From positions 6,230,328 to 6,294,327 of the forward strand of contig NC_017030.1 in the NCBI RefSeq assembly GCF_000255295.1: a stretch of 64,000 nt of DNA. Reading direction: 5' to 3'. Made by a program: the position numbers and the translations under genes. Numbering within the stretch: position 1 is the stretch's first letter; each line of letters starts with the position of its first letter. This stretch comes from Corallococcus coralloides DSM 2259. GTDB lineage: Bacteria > Myxococcota > Myxococcia > Myxococcales > Myxococcaceae. Positions 48,488-57,960 of the stretch are shown here, one piece after another. The notes beneath the pieces were generated by a model that ran no database searches, was not told the origin of the DNA, and saw only the letters and a program-made list of their open reading frames with translations.

Positions 48488-48518
48488 GAGGCGGCACCCT
48501 GCCGTGCCGCCTCTGTTG
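48488..48518 (+). terminator. Putative terminator hairpin.
   Basis: GAGGCGGCAC-cctgcc-GTGCCGCCTC followed by TGTTG, 35 nt after the stop of the 47386..48453 gene. Confidence 0.4.
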
Positions 48519-48602
48519 CGAGCCCTCCTCCCGGGAGCGCGCCCCGCCTGACTGGCACGGCCGCTGCTCATGCCCGCGCATCCCTTGCGCGCGAGGCATG
48601 CC

Positions 48603-49427
48603 ATGAAGGTCGAAGGTCAGGACGCCCCTTCCGGAAACGAGAAGGTCCCCCCGGAGAAGGACGCGTTCAAACAGGTACTCCAGCGGACCTCCGAACGGCC
48701 CGACGCCCCACCCCGTCCCGGAGCCCGCCGCGAGCCGGTGGCTCCAGGGCCCCTTCCCAAACCCGGCCTGCTCCGTGCCGGTGGACAGGGGCTGGGGCCA
48801 GCGACGCGGGCCACTCCGGCGCTTCCCGGCGTCCGTGCGGCGGGAGCCATCTTCGCGACGACGCGCAGCGCACTGGGAAGCCCGGAGACGCTCCGCCAGG
48901 CCCGGCAGGGCATGCACGTGGAGGCGCAGCGGCTGGGGTCGGTGCGCCAGGAGGCGCTCGTGGAAGGCGGGACGCAGGCCTCCCACCGTGCGACGGAGCT
49001 GCTGGCCCGCGAGGTGGAGCGCTCCTACCGCGCGGAACCCCGTCCGGCGCCGGGTCCCCTCCCCTCGCCCACGCGTGAGGACCGTTCCTTGGAAGGCATG
49101 GCGCGCGGCTCCCCGCCCGAAGGTGCTCGCGCGGCGAGCGGCTCCACGGAGGGTGCCACACCGGCCGGCCCTCCCGTCGCGCAGGTCGAGTCCACCCTGG
49201 CGCTCATCGAGAAGATCGAGGTCTTCGTGAAGTCACAGCGGCCGGCGCTGGGCCTCAGCCTGCGCGGCCCGCTGGAGGCCACCGTGGAGGTGGAGCGCAC
49301 GGGGCCCCGGGAGGTGGCGCTGCGCATCCAGGGCCGCCATGGGCCCGTTCCCTCCGAGGACGTGGCGCGGTTGCGCGACGCGTTGGAGGCCCGGGGGCTG
49401 CGGCTCAGCGTCCTCCGGGCGGGGTGA
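48603..49427 (+). CDS. Hypothetical protein with a FliK-like (Flg_hook) C-terminal domain.
   Basis: Start at MKVEGQ. Pro-rich middle region. The C-terminus LSLRGPLEATVEVERTGPREVALRIQGRHGPVPSEDVARLRDALEARGLRLSVL fits the pattern of hook-length-control FliK/YscP C-terminal domains. Confidence 0.5.
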   Translation: MKVEGQDAPSGNEKVPPEKDAFKQVLQRTSERPDAPPRPGARREPVAPGPLPKPGLLRAGGQGLGPATRATPALPGVRAAGAIFATTRSALGSPETLRQARQGMHVEAQRLGSVRQEALVEGGTQASHRATELLAREVERSYRAEPRPAPGPLPSPTREDRSLEGMARGSPPEGARAASGSTEGATPAGPPVAQVESTLALIEKIEVFVKSQRPALGLSLRGPLEATVEVERTGPREVALRIQGRHGPVPSEDVARLRDALEARGLRLSVLRAG

Positions 49428-49539
49428 ACGTCCGACGATGCCCTACTCCCGCCTGACTCCCGGAACGACGAAGGCCCTCACGCCAGGGGGCGCGAGGGCC
49501 TGCATCACGACGGGCGCGCTCGGGGGATACGGCCCCCGG

Positions 49540-49875
49540 TTACTTCCCGGGCGCGGTGCTCAGCTCCCCGCGCTTGCCCTTCTTGTCCTTGTACTCCTCG
49601 GCCTCGGGCAGGGCGGCCTTCTTCTCCGCGATGTTGGGCCACTTGGAGGCGTAGTCGGTGTTGAGCTTCTTGTACTCCGACCACTCCGAGGGCAGCTCGG
49701 TCTCGGGGAAGATCGCCTTGGTCGGGCAGACGGGCTCGCAAGCGCCACAGTCGATGCACTCGTCCGGGTGGATCACGAGGAAGTTCGCGCCCTCGTAGAA
49801 GCAGTTGACCGGGCACACCTCGACACAGTCGGTGTACTTGCACTTGATGCAAGGCTCGGCGACGACGTAGGCCAT
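49540..49875 (-). CDS. fdxA: 7Fe ferredoxin (FdxA-like).
   Basis: Start at [29 protein letters not shown]...[12 protein letters not shown] with an AGAGGAGA RBS. Cys clusters for [3Fe-4S] and [4Fe-4S]. Confidence 0.88.
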   Translation of the reverse strand: MAYVVAEPCIKCKYTDCVEVCPVNCFYEGANFLVIHPDECIDCGACEPVCPTKAIFPETELPSEWSEYKKLNTDYASKWPNIAEKKAALPEAEEYKDKKGKRGELSTAPGK

Positions 49876-49986
49876 GTGGATGTCTCCTCTGTGCGGATTT
49901 CCGCGCGTCCGTGGCCGCGCACAGTAGATGGTTGCGGCCAGGGTTGGCACCCTGAATTTAGGGACCCACCCGGCCCGCTTCCCCGG

Positions 49987-51075
49987 TCAGCCCAGCAAGC
50001 CCTGCGCCCGAAGCAGCTCGGCGACGAGGATGGCGCCCTTTGCAGCCCCCATCTTCGTGTTGTGGGAGACCAGCACGTACTTGAAGCCGTTCTCCAGCAC
50101 CCCGTCCTCGCGGATGCGGCCCACCGTGGTGGCCATGCCGCCGTGGGTGTCCCGGTCCATGCGGGGCTGGGGGCGGAACGGGTCGTCCAGCACTTCAATC
50201 CACCGGGGCGGAGCGGACGGCAGGTCCTTCGCCACCTGGGCGCCCTGCCACTCGCGCATCGCCTGGGCGACCTCCGCCACGGTGGCCTTCTTCCCGAGCG
50301 ACACGAAGACGGACTCGGTGTGGCCCTCCAGGACGGCGACGCGGGTGCAGGTGCAGGAGACGCGCACGTCGTGCGGGGTGAGCGCCGCGCCCGCGGGGTT
50401 GAGCGCCCCGAGGATCTTCTTCGTCTCCACCTCGACCTTGTGCTCCTCCTTGGGGATGTAGGGCACCACGTTGTCGAGGATGTCCAGGCCGATGACGCCG
50501 GGCGAACGTCCGGCGCCGGACATGGCCTGGAGGCTGGTCATCAGCACGGCCTTCACGCCGAAGCGCTCGGCCAGGGGGGCCAGCGTCACGGCGAGGCCGG
50601 TGGTGGTGCAGTTGGGGATGGGGACGATGAAGCCCTTCCACCCGCGCTGCCGGCGCTGCTCGTTGATGAGCGGGGCGTGGGCGGCGTTCACGGGGGGGAT
50701 GAGCAGGGGCACGTCCGCGTCGTAGCGGAAGGCGCTCGCGGCGGAGAACACCGGGATGTCCCGGGCCAGGCGCGGCTCGATTTCCCGGGCGACGTCCGCC
50801 TCCACGGCGGAGAAGGCGATGTCGTAGTCCTTCGCCTGGACGGCGTCGCCGCTGACCACCGTCATGCGGGCGATGGACTCCGGGAGCGGCTCCGGGACGA
50901 ACCAGGCCAGCATGCCGTTGGAGGCGCGCAGGGCGTCCGCGTACGTTTTTCCAGCGGAGCGGGGCGAAGCGGCGAGCCCGGTCAGCTCGATGAACGGGTG
51001 GTCCTTCAGGGCAGCGATGAACTGCTGGCCCGCGAGTCCGGTGGCGCCAATGAGTACGGCGCGAAGCTTGGCCAT
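49987..51075 (-). CDS. asd: Aspartate-semialdehyde dehydrogenase.
   Basis: 362 aa; N-terminal Rossmann motif VLIGATGLAGQQF, active site IPNCTTTG. Confidence 0.9.
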   Translation of the reverse strand: MAKLRAVLIGATGLAGQQFIAALKDHPFIELTGLAASPRSAGKTYADALRASNGMLAWFVPEPLPESIARMTVVSGDAVQAKDYDIAFSAVEADVAREIEPRLARDIPVFSAASAFRYDADVPLLIPPVNAAHAPLINEQRRQRGWKGFIVPIPNCTTTGLAVTLAPLAERFGVKAVLMTSLQAMSGAGRSPGVIGLDILDNVVPYIPKEEHKVEVETKKILGALNPAGAALTPHDVRVSCTCTRVAVLEGHTESVFVSLGKKATVAEVAQAMREWQGAQVAKDLPSAPPRWIEVLDDPFRPQPRMDRDTHGGMATTVGRIREDGVLENGFKYVLVSHNTKMGAAKGAILVAELLRAQGLLG

Positions 51076-51144
51076 CGTGGGGAATCTCCGGTGGGAGCGG
51101 CAGGGCGCTCCTTACACCGTTTCACGACGCGCTGCATCCGCCGC

Positions 51145-51531
51145 TCAACGGTGGGCGTGGGAGGGGGCGCGTGCGTGGCGCTCCGTGGGGTAGCCCCCCG
51201 TCACCCAGGCGTGGAGCCCCCCGGCGAGGCACACGGCGTTGCGCCCCCTCAGGCGCAACACGCGGCAGATGCGCCGGATGTCCGCGCAGTCCTGGGTGGT
51301 GCCGCACAGGACGATGAGCTCGTCGTCTGGAAGCATCCCCAGATCCCTCGCGATCTCCGAGGCTGTCATGCGCAGCGCGCCGGGGATGTGGATCTCGAAC
51401 CGCTCCCAGTCCATCGCGTCGCGGCAATCCAGGACGAGCACATCCTCATCCCCCAGACGCATGAACAGCTCATCACAGATGATGGTGGGCTCCACCGGGA
51501 CCTCCCCGAGGCGACGGGCTCCATCGAACAT
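51145..51531 (-). CDS. Rhodanese-domain protein.
   Basis: 128 aa with the active-site loop VLCGTTQDCAD. Confidence 0.7.
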   Translation of the reverse strand: MFDGARRLGEVPVEPTIICDELFMRLGDEDVLVLDCRDAMDWERFEIHIPGALRMTASEIARDLGMLPDDELIVLCGTTQDCADIRRICRVLRLRGRNAVCLAGGLHAWVTGGYPTERHARAPSHAHR

Positions 51532-51598
51532 GAACCGGAGGGCTTTTTCCCCTCTTCCCGCCTGCCTGCCCGCCTGCTTCCCGGAAGCCGCCGGGGCG

Positions 51599-52750
51599 TT
51601 AGAGCCCCAGCTGCTTGGCGATGATTTCGTTCATCACCTCACTGGTGCCGCCGCCGATGGGCCCCAGCCGCGCGTCGCGCCAGTGACGCTGGATGTCGTA
51701 CTCCATCATGTAGCCCGCGCCGCCGTGGAGCTGGAGGCACTCGTCGGCCACGCGGCAGCAGGTCTCCGTGGCGACCTTCTTGGCCATGGAGGTCTGCGCG
51801 ACGGCGTACTCGCCGGCCACGTGCAGGCGCAGCGCGTGGTAGGTGAGCTGCCGCGCACATTCGCGGGCGGTGTGCAGGTCCGCCAGCTTGTGGCGCACCA
51901 CCTGGAAGCCGGCCAGCGTCTGATTGAAGGCGCGGCGCTGCTTCACGTGCTCGAGCACGGTCTCCAGCATGTCGTCCATGGCGCCCACCGCCCCCAGCGC
52001 GAGCGACAGGCGCTCCCACTGGAAGTTGCCCATGATCTGCGAGAAGCCCTGATGCTCCACGCCCAGCAGGTTCTCCGCGGGCACGCGGCAGTCCTCGAAG
52101 AAGAGCTCCGCCGTGTCGGACGCGCGCCAGCCCACCTTCTGGAGCTTGCGCCCCACGCTGAAGCCCGGCGTGCCCCGCTCCACCACCAGCATGGACAGGC
52201 CCTTGTGGCCGCGCGACGGGTCGGTCTTCACCGCCAGCACCACGAAGTCCGCCCGCACCCCGTTGGTGATGTACGTCTTGGAGCCGTTGACGACGTAGTG
52301 GTCGCCGTCGCGGCGGGCGGTGGTGCGCAGCCCCGCCACGTCCGAGCCGGCGTCCGGTTCGGTGATGCCCAGGGCGCCAATCTTCTCCCCCCGGATGGCG
52401 GGGGCCAGCCAGCGCTGCTTCTGGGCCTCCGTGCCGAACAGGTGCAGGGGGCCGGTGGCGATGGTGAACTGCCCGCCCAGCCCCGCGGCCACGCCTCCGG
52501 AGCCGCAGCGGCCCAGCTCCTCCAGGAGCACCGCCTCGTACAGCTCCCCGGCCGCCGTGCCCCCGTAGGCCTCCGGGTACTTCAGGCCCAGGAAGCCCAG
52601 CTCGCCAAAGCGGGTGAAGAGCTCCCGGGGGAACTCCTCCCGGGCCTCCCAGTCCGCCGCGAACGGGCGCAGCTCCTTGTCCACCACCGCCCGGACGGTG
52701 CGGCGGAAGGCTTCGTGCTCCTCCTGGAAGACGCCATGACCGTGCAACAT
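51599..52750 (-). CDS. Acyl-CoA dehydrogenase.
   Basis: 383 aa; ACAD motifs GALGITEPDAGSD, TYITNG, QLHGGAGY. Confidence 0.9.
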   Translation of the reverse strand: MLHGHGVFQEEHEAFRRTVRAVVDKELRPFAADWEAREEFPRELFTRFGELGFLGLKYPEAYGGTAAGELYEAVLLEELGRCGSGGVAAGLGGQFTIATGPLHLFGTEAQKQRWLAPAIRGEKIGALGITEPDAGSDVAGLRTTARRDGDHYVVNGSKTYITNGVRADFVVLAVKTDPSRGHKGLSMLVVERGTPGFSVGRKLQKVGWRASDTAELFFEDCRVPAENLLGVEHQGFSQIMGNFQWERLSLALGAVGAMDDMLETVLEHVKQRRAFNQTLAGFQVVRHKLADLHTARECARQLTYHALRLHVAGEYAVAQTSMAKKVATETCCRVADECLQLHGGAGYMMEYDIQRHWRDARLGPIGGGTSEVMNEIIAKQLGL

Positions 52751-52883
52751 CGTTTGCTCCCTCGCTTGTCAGGGCCTGACACCCCGCGCCGTATGGTACC
52801 GGGACGAGAAGCGGGGCTGGATGGTGTTGCTTCCTTGACCGGCTCCTGCCGGGCTGCGTATAACCCCGGCCCCAATCGCTGCG

Positions 52884-52954
52884 GCGCCATAGCCAAGTGG
52901 TAAGGCAAAGGTCTGCAAAACCTTCATTCCCCGGTTCGAATCCGGGTGGCGCCT
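52884..52954 (+). tRNA. tRNA-Cys (GCA anticodon).
   Basis: GGCGCCATAGCCAAGTGGTAAGGCAAAGGTCTGCAAAACCTTCATTCCCCGGTTCGAATCCGGGTGGCGCCT, with anticodon loop CTGCAAA. Confidence 0.88.
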
Positions 52955-52965
52955 CATAGACAAAA

Positions 52966-53005
52966 GGCCCGATGCGGAAGTCTCCGCATCGGGCCTTCTG
53001 CTTTT
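52966..53005. terminator. Strong bidirectional intrinsic terminator.
   Basis: Perfect 13-bp stem GGCCCGATGCGGA/TCCGCATCGGGCC with a 4-nt loop. It is flanked by CAAAA on one side and TTCTGCTTTT on the other, between tRNA-Cys and the convergent lipoprotein gene. Confidence 0.7.
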
Positions 53006-53030
53006 CCGGGGGTGCCTTCCCGGGTGGGGC

Positions 53031-54710
53031 CTAGCAGCCCAGCTCCACCGCGCCGATGTCCGGGGCCGCGCCGCAGAAGGGCTGGCCCTGGTCCATGCCC
53101 TTGTCCTGGGCGGCCACGGACGGGGCGAAGGTGTCCGACACCGTCACGTCACCGCCGTTGGAGGTGGTGTCGTTCGTGGCGGCCTTGAAGGCGTCCAGGG
53201 CCTGGAGCTGGCCGTTGGTCTTGAACTGCGCGCCGGCCGGATAGAGGTTGTTGCTCATCTTGAGGCCGGGGGCCTGGCCGCCCACGTCCATGCTGACGGG
53301 CGCGTCCACGATGTTGTTCTCCACGCGCAGCGACTCCGTGGGGCCGCCCGTGCCGTGGCCCAGGATGATGCCGGACCTGGCCCGCGTGATGGTGTTGTTC
53401 ACCACCACGGTGCCCTTGGAGTTCTCCAGGCGGATGGCGGTGCCTTCGCCGCCGCCCGCGTCGGTGATGTCGTGCACGCGGTTGCGGCGCACGACGACGG
53501 ACTGGGGCACGGGGCCCTCGTGGTTGCCGCCCACGGAGATGCCCTTGGCGGCGTCATACACCTCGTTGTCCTCCACCAGCACGTTGTTGGCGGAGTAGTG
53601 GATGACGAGCGCATCGCCCTTCGCCGTCTCCGACGGCTGGAACTTGTGCATCCGGTTGTTGCGGATGATGACGTCGTGGCACGTCTTGATGTCCACGGCG
53701 TTCTCCCGGTTGTTGAAGAAGTGGTTGTTCTCCACCAGCAGGCCCGTGGCGGGCGGCAGTTCGCTGAAGCCCTCGGGCCCCAGGCACTGCACGGAGTCAC
53801 CCGAGTTGTCGTGGATGTCGTTGTTGCGCACCGTCACGTCGTAGGACGCGGGCTGCATCACGATGCCGTGCGAGTCCTTGTTGCCGGTGGTCCGCACGAA
53901 GTCGTGGATGTTGTTGTTCTCGATGGTGGCGCCCTTGGCGTTGTTGAACATGGTGACGCCCGCGCCGCCGGTGCCGTTGTGCAGGTCCGAGTTGGCCAGC
54001 ACCGTGCCCTGCACGTCGCCCTCGAAGGCGACGCCGAAGATGGGCTGCCCCTCCACGTCGATGTCGAACCCGTCGATGATCCAGTTCGCGCGGCGCACCT
54101 GCACCGCCGCGCCGGAGCCGCTGCCCGGGGTGAGCTTGGGACGGCCCTCGCCCTGGAGGGTGATCTTCGCTTCGGGCGTGCCGGCCTTGGCATTGTCGCC
54201 CAGCACCACGCGCTCGGCGTAGGTGCCCGCGAGCACGCGGATGCGGTCGCCGGGACCGGCCTTGCTCACCGCCATGGCGATGGTGCGCAGCGGCGCGGCC
54301 TCGGTGCCCTGGGCGCCGTCGTCGCCGTTGGGCGACACCACCCAATCATGGGCGGGCGTGGTGGCGGGGGTCTCCTGCATCGCCTGCGCGCTGACGGCGG
54401 GCTGGGGGCCGGGCTCCGCGATGGGCGCGTGGTCCGCGTGCTCCGGCATCTGCGCGGCGGGCGTGTTCTCCACCGGCTGCACGCCGATGGGGGGCGCCTT
54501 GCCTGGCGCGGTGGGGGTCTTCTCGACCTTGGGGGTGCTCCCCGTGTTCGTCGCGGGGGCCTGGGTACCGCCGCCCGAAGAACCGCCGGTGCCGCCGCCC
54601 GAACCACCGCCGCCGCCACAAGCGGTCAGTCCAAGAGCCAGGGTGCAGGCAGCCAGGGAGGCCACCAAGGTGTGTCGCGTCTTCAATCCGTTGCCTCCAA
54701 GAATTCGCAT
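53031..54710 (-). CDS. Right-handed parallel beta-helix repeat lipoprotein (pectate-lyase-like fold).
   Basis: Signal and lipobox LALGLTAC, then a GGGGGSGGGTGGSSGGG linker. Repeated NN..H/D motifs (IENNNIHD, VRNNDIHDN, VENNHFFNN, IRNNRMH, VEDNEVYD, NNTITR, VENNIVD). Confidence 0.75.
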   Translation of the reverse strand: MRILGGNGLKTRHTLVASLAACTLALGLTACGGGGGSGGGTGGSSGGGTQAPATNTGSTPKVEKTPTAPGKAPPIGVQPVENTPAAQMPEHADHAPIAEPGPQPAVSAQAMQETPATTPAHDWVVSPNGDDGAQGTEAAPLRTIAMAVSKAGPGDRIRVLAGTYAERVVLGDNAKAGTPEAKITLQGEGRPKLTPGSGSGAAVQVRRANWIIDGFDIDVEGQPIFGVAFEGDVQGTVLANSDLHNGTGGAGVTMFNNAKGATIENNNIHDFVRTTGNKDSHGIVMQPASYDVTVRNNDIHDNSGDSVQCLGPEGFSELPPATGLLVENNHFFNNRENAVDIKTCHDVIIRNNRMHKFQPSETAKGDALVIHYSANNVLVEDNEVYDAAKGISVGGNHEGPVPQSVVVRRNRVHDITDAGGGEGTAIRLENSKGTVVVNNTITRARSGIILGHGTGGPTESLRVENNIVDAPVSMDVGGQAPGLKMSNNLYPAGAQFKTNGQLQALDAFKAATNDTTSNGGDVTVSDTFAPSVAAQDKGMDQGQPFCGAAPDIGAVELGC

Positions 54711-54828
54711 GAGCAGGGGCAACGCGCGGCGTTGGGCGTTCTATTCACTGCCGGTCATCCAGGGCCAGACGCGCCGCAGCGGGAGGGAGAACCGTGACGC
54801 TCGGCCCCATGGCGGCTACGGTGCCGCC

Positions 54829-56574
54829 GCCGTGTCCAAAGCCGTCCTGCTCCTGACCGCCCTGCTGCTCGCCTCCTGCGCCACGCCGGCGCCCTCACCT
54901 GCCCCAGTGACCCGGGGCCTGGGCGAGCCGGAGGTCTCCGTCCCCACGAAGCCCGCTGACGCGGGCGTGACGCTCCCCGCCCCGAGTGGCCTGGAGGATC
55001 CGCTCACGTCGGGCCTGCCCGGGCCGCAGGACCTGAAGCGCCTGGACTTCCGCAACGGCGAGCCGCGCCTCCCCATCAAGCTGATGGAGGGGCGCGAGGT
55101 GGTGACGTTCTCGCCGCGCGCGCGGATGCGGCTGCGCTTCGGCGGGCCGGGCGACAAGGTGCTGGATGCGCCCGCGGGCTCGCGCTGGACGGTGCGGGTG
55201 ACGCAGGGCGAACCGGCCCAGTGGAGCGCGCGGGTGCAGCTGGGCGAGTTCCGCTTCGCGGACAAGGCGGGGCTCGCGGAGGCGCAGGAGACGTGGCGCG
55301 CGCGGGGGCTCGCGGTGCGCACGCACACGCTGGGCTCCGTGTACGGCATCGCGGGGAAGGTCATCGACAACCGGCGCTACCTCCTCCTGGGTGAGGAGGC
55401 GCTGACGCCCGAGGCCGCGGCGAAGCAGCAGACGGAGCTGCTGCGCCGCTACGGCCTGCGCACCACGCTCTTCGAGGAGGTCCGCAAGCCTTCCCGCGCC
55501 ATCCTGGAGCTGAAGGACGAGAACGACGCCGTCGTGGGCCTGGCGCAGGACCGGCTGGACGCGGAGACGCCGGACGGCAGCGGCTTCGACGTGCGGCAGG
55601 TGGAGTACGGCGTGGGCTACGACTTCCACGCCTTCGAGGACCGCAGCTTCCGGGGCGCGCTCCAGTTCGCGGTGGACCGGAGCGGCAAGCTCGCGGTGGT
55701 GAACGTGGTGGGCCTGGAGGACCTGCTCAAGGGGCTGGTGCCGTCTGAAATCTTCGCGCGCGCGCACCCGGAGGCGCTCAAGGCCCAGGCCGTGACGGCT
55801 CGGGGCGAGGTGCTGGCGAAGGTGGGCATCAAGCACCTGGCGGATCCGTACCTCCTCTGTTCGGAGCAGCACTGCGCGGTGTACCGGGGCCGCACCGGCG
55901 AGGCGGCCAGCACCACCGCCGCGGTGGAGGCCACCCGGGGCCAGGCCCTCTTCAGCCAGGACGGCCGGCTGGTGGACTCCGTCTACAGCGCCGTGTGCGG
56001 CGGCCACACCGAGGACAACGACGTGGTGTGGGGCGGCCCGCCGGACCCGAGCCTGCGCGGGCGGCCGGACCTGCTGGAGCCCGCGCCGGACGTGCCCGGG
56101 CCCTCGAACCTCAAGGCCTGGCTGGCGACGTCGGACGTGCCGGCCGCGTGCAAGCTGTCCAGCTTCGCGCAGCCCACGAAGTTCCGGTGGGAGAAGCGCT
56201 TCACGCAGGGCCAGGTGGACGCGCTCACGGAGAAGCTGGGCGTGGGCGCCATCCAGGGGCTCGCCCTGTCCGAGCGCGGCGTGTCCGGGCGTGCCCGGCT
56301 GCTCACCGTGTCGGGCACGAAGGGCGCCACCCAGGTGCGCGGGGAGCTGAACATCCGGCGGCTCTTCGGGATGCTCAACAGCAGCATGGCCACCGTGGAG
56401 GCCGAGCGGGACGCCGAGGGCCGGCTCACCGGATGGCTGTTCCGGGGCGGCGGCTGGGGCCACGGCGTGGGCATGTGTCAGACAGGCGCCATCGGCCGGG
56501 CGGAGGCCGGGCAGCGCTATCCGGAGATCCTGCGCTTCTACTTCAACGGGGCGGAGGTGGCCCCCATCTACTGA
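54829..56574 (+). CDS. SpoIID/LytB-domain protein (lipoprotein).
   Basis: C-terminal SpoIID signature DSVYSAVCGGHTEDNDVVWG and GWGHGVGMCQTGA. The N-terminal start is uncertain: GTG at 54829 gives VSKAVLLLTALLLASC. An upstream in-frame ATG at 54708 would overlap the divergent gene. Confidence 0.7.
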   Translation, partial: AVSKAVLLLTALLLASCATPAPSPAPVTRGLGEPEVSVPTKPADAGVTLPAPSGLEDPLTSGLPGPQDLKRLDFRNGEPRLPIKLMEGREVVTFSPRARMRLRFGGPGDKVLDAPAGSRWTVRVTQGEPAQWSARVQLGEFRFADKAGLAEAQETWRARGLAVRTHTLGSVYGIAGKVIDNRRYLLLGEEALTPEAAAKQQTELLRRYGLRTTLFEEVRKPSRAILELKDENDAVVGLAQDRLDAETPDGSGFDVRQVEYGVGYDFHAFEDRSFRGALQFAVDRSGKLAVVNVVGLEDLLKGLVPSEIFARAHPEALKAQAVTARGEVLAKVGIKHLADPYLLCSEQHCAVYRGRTGEAASTTAAVEATRGQALFSQDGRLVDSVYSAVCGGHTEDNDVVWGGPPDPSLRGRPDLLEPAPDVPGPSNLKAWLATSDVPAACKLSSFAQPTKFRWEKRFTQGQVDALTEKLGVGAIQGLALSERGVSGRARLLTVSGTKGATQVRGELNIRRLFGMLNSSMATVEAERDAEGRLTGWLFRGGGWGHGVGMCQTGAIGRAEAGQRYPEILRFYFNGAEVAPIY

Positions 56575-56693
56575 GATGAAGCGGACATTTCGAGCGCACC
56601 AACGCACGCGCTCGTGAATCTCTTCCATGTCCCGGCTGTTACGGGCCGCACGTTCGGGACTGTAGAAGCGGTCCGGAGGTTTATCATCAGGCC

Positions 56694-57941
56694 GTGGGCA
56701 CGGGTTCCTCGACAGACTGGCGTCAGCGGCGCGCGCGCAAGCAGCGTGCGCCCTTGCGCTACCTGGTGGCGGGCATCCTGGCGCTCCTGGCCCAGGCCGC
56801 CTTCGTGGGCTTCGTGCTCCTGGTGTCGTCCGTGCAGGCGAACCTGCCGCACGAGAAGCGCCCCGCGCGGCCCACGTCCGTGGCGGTGAGGCCGCTCACG
56901 TCGGACCAGTGGGCGAAGAACCGGGGGGCGGTGTCCCCGCAGCAGCAGACGAAGCCCCGCCCCACGGAGAAGCGCGAGCCGAAGGAAGAGAAGAAGCCGG
57001 ACGAGACGAAGCCCCAGGGCCAGGTGGTGGACGTGGCGCCGGGGAATGATCAGCAGTCCCCGGACGCGAAATACCTGGCCGAGCACAACAACACGGTGGA
57101 GAAGGAGACGCGCGCGCGCGACCAGACGGCCTTCTACCGCAACGCCATGCCCCAGAAGACCGCGCCCCAGAAGCAGGAGGGCGCGGCGCAAGAACAGGTG
57201 CAGCCCCCGCGCGTGTCCGGCAACAACGGCACGGGCGCGGACGACCGGGCCCAGTCCCAGGGTGGCAAGAAGCCCGTCTTCGAGATGCCGGAGACGCGCC
57301 GCAAGCAGGAGATCGCCATGAAGACGGATCCGCGCGAGCGCGGCCCGGGCATGGCGGTGAAGAACCAGTCGGAGAGCGACGCCACGCAGGGCAACGCGAA
57401 GCGCCTGCGCATCCAGCCCGGTCAGGGCGAGGAAAGCGAGCAGGAGGGCTCCACGGGCCGCGCGGGTTCTCCGGGCCTGGCCACGCTGATGCCGTCGCAG
57501 GCGGCCATGGACAAGGTGATAGGCGCGGCGCCCAACGACATGCTCCAGGACCAGGAGGAGGGCGACGGCACCTTCCTCAACACGCGCGAGTGGAAGTACG
57601 CCAGCTTCTTCAACCGCGTGAAGCAGAGCGTGGGCATGCACTGGAACCCCAACGAGCAGCTGCGCATGCGCGACCCGACGGGGAACATCTACTCCGGGCG
57701 CGACCGCCAGACGCTGCTGACCATCACCCTGGACGAGCGCGGCGCGGTGAAGGACATCCAGGTGGAGAAGAGCAGCGGCCTGGACTTCCTGGACATGGAG
57801 GCCGTGGCGTCCTTCAAGCGCGCGCAGCCCTTCCCCAACCCGCCGTCCGGCCTGTTGAGCCAGGACGCGACGGTGCGCTTCCAGTTCGGCTTCTTCCTGG
57901 AGATGGGCGGCGGCCCCCGGATGCGGCTGTTCCGACAGTAG
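56694..57941 (+). CDS. TonB-family protein (C-terminal TonB domain).
   Basis: An N-terminal TM anchor LVAGILALLAQAAFVGFVLLV, a long K/E/P/Q-rich periplasmic spacer, and a C-terminal TonB fold (RGAVKDIQVEKSSGLDFLDMEAVASFKRAQPFPNPP). Confidence 0.75.
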   Translation: MGTGSSTDWRQRRARKQRAPLRYLVAGILALLAQAAFVGFVLLVSSVQANLPHEKRPARPTSVAVRPLTSDQWAKNRGAVSPQQQTKPRPTEKREPKEEKKPDETKPQGQVVDVAPGNDQQSPDAKYLAEHNNTVEKETRARDQTAFYRNAMPQKTAPQKQEGAAQEQVQPPRVSGNNGTGADDRAQSQGGKKPVFEMPETRRKQEIAMKTDPRERGPGMAVKNQSESDATQGNAKRLRIQPGQGEESEQEGSTGRAGSPGLATLMPSQAAMDKVIGAAPNDMLQDQEEGDGTFLNTREWKYASFFNRVKQSVGMHWNPNEQLRMRDPTGNIYSGRDRQTLLTITLDERGAVKDIQVEKSSGLDFLDMEAVASFKRAQPFPNPPSGLLSQDATVRFQFGFFLEMGGGPRMRLFRQ

Positions 57942-57960
57942 GACCCACGGGGGCCTCGCG

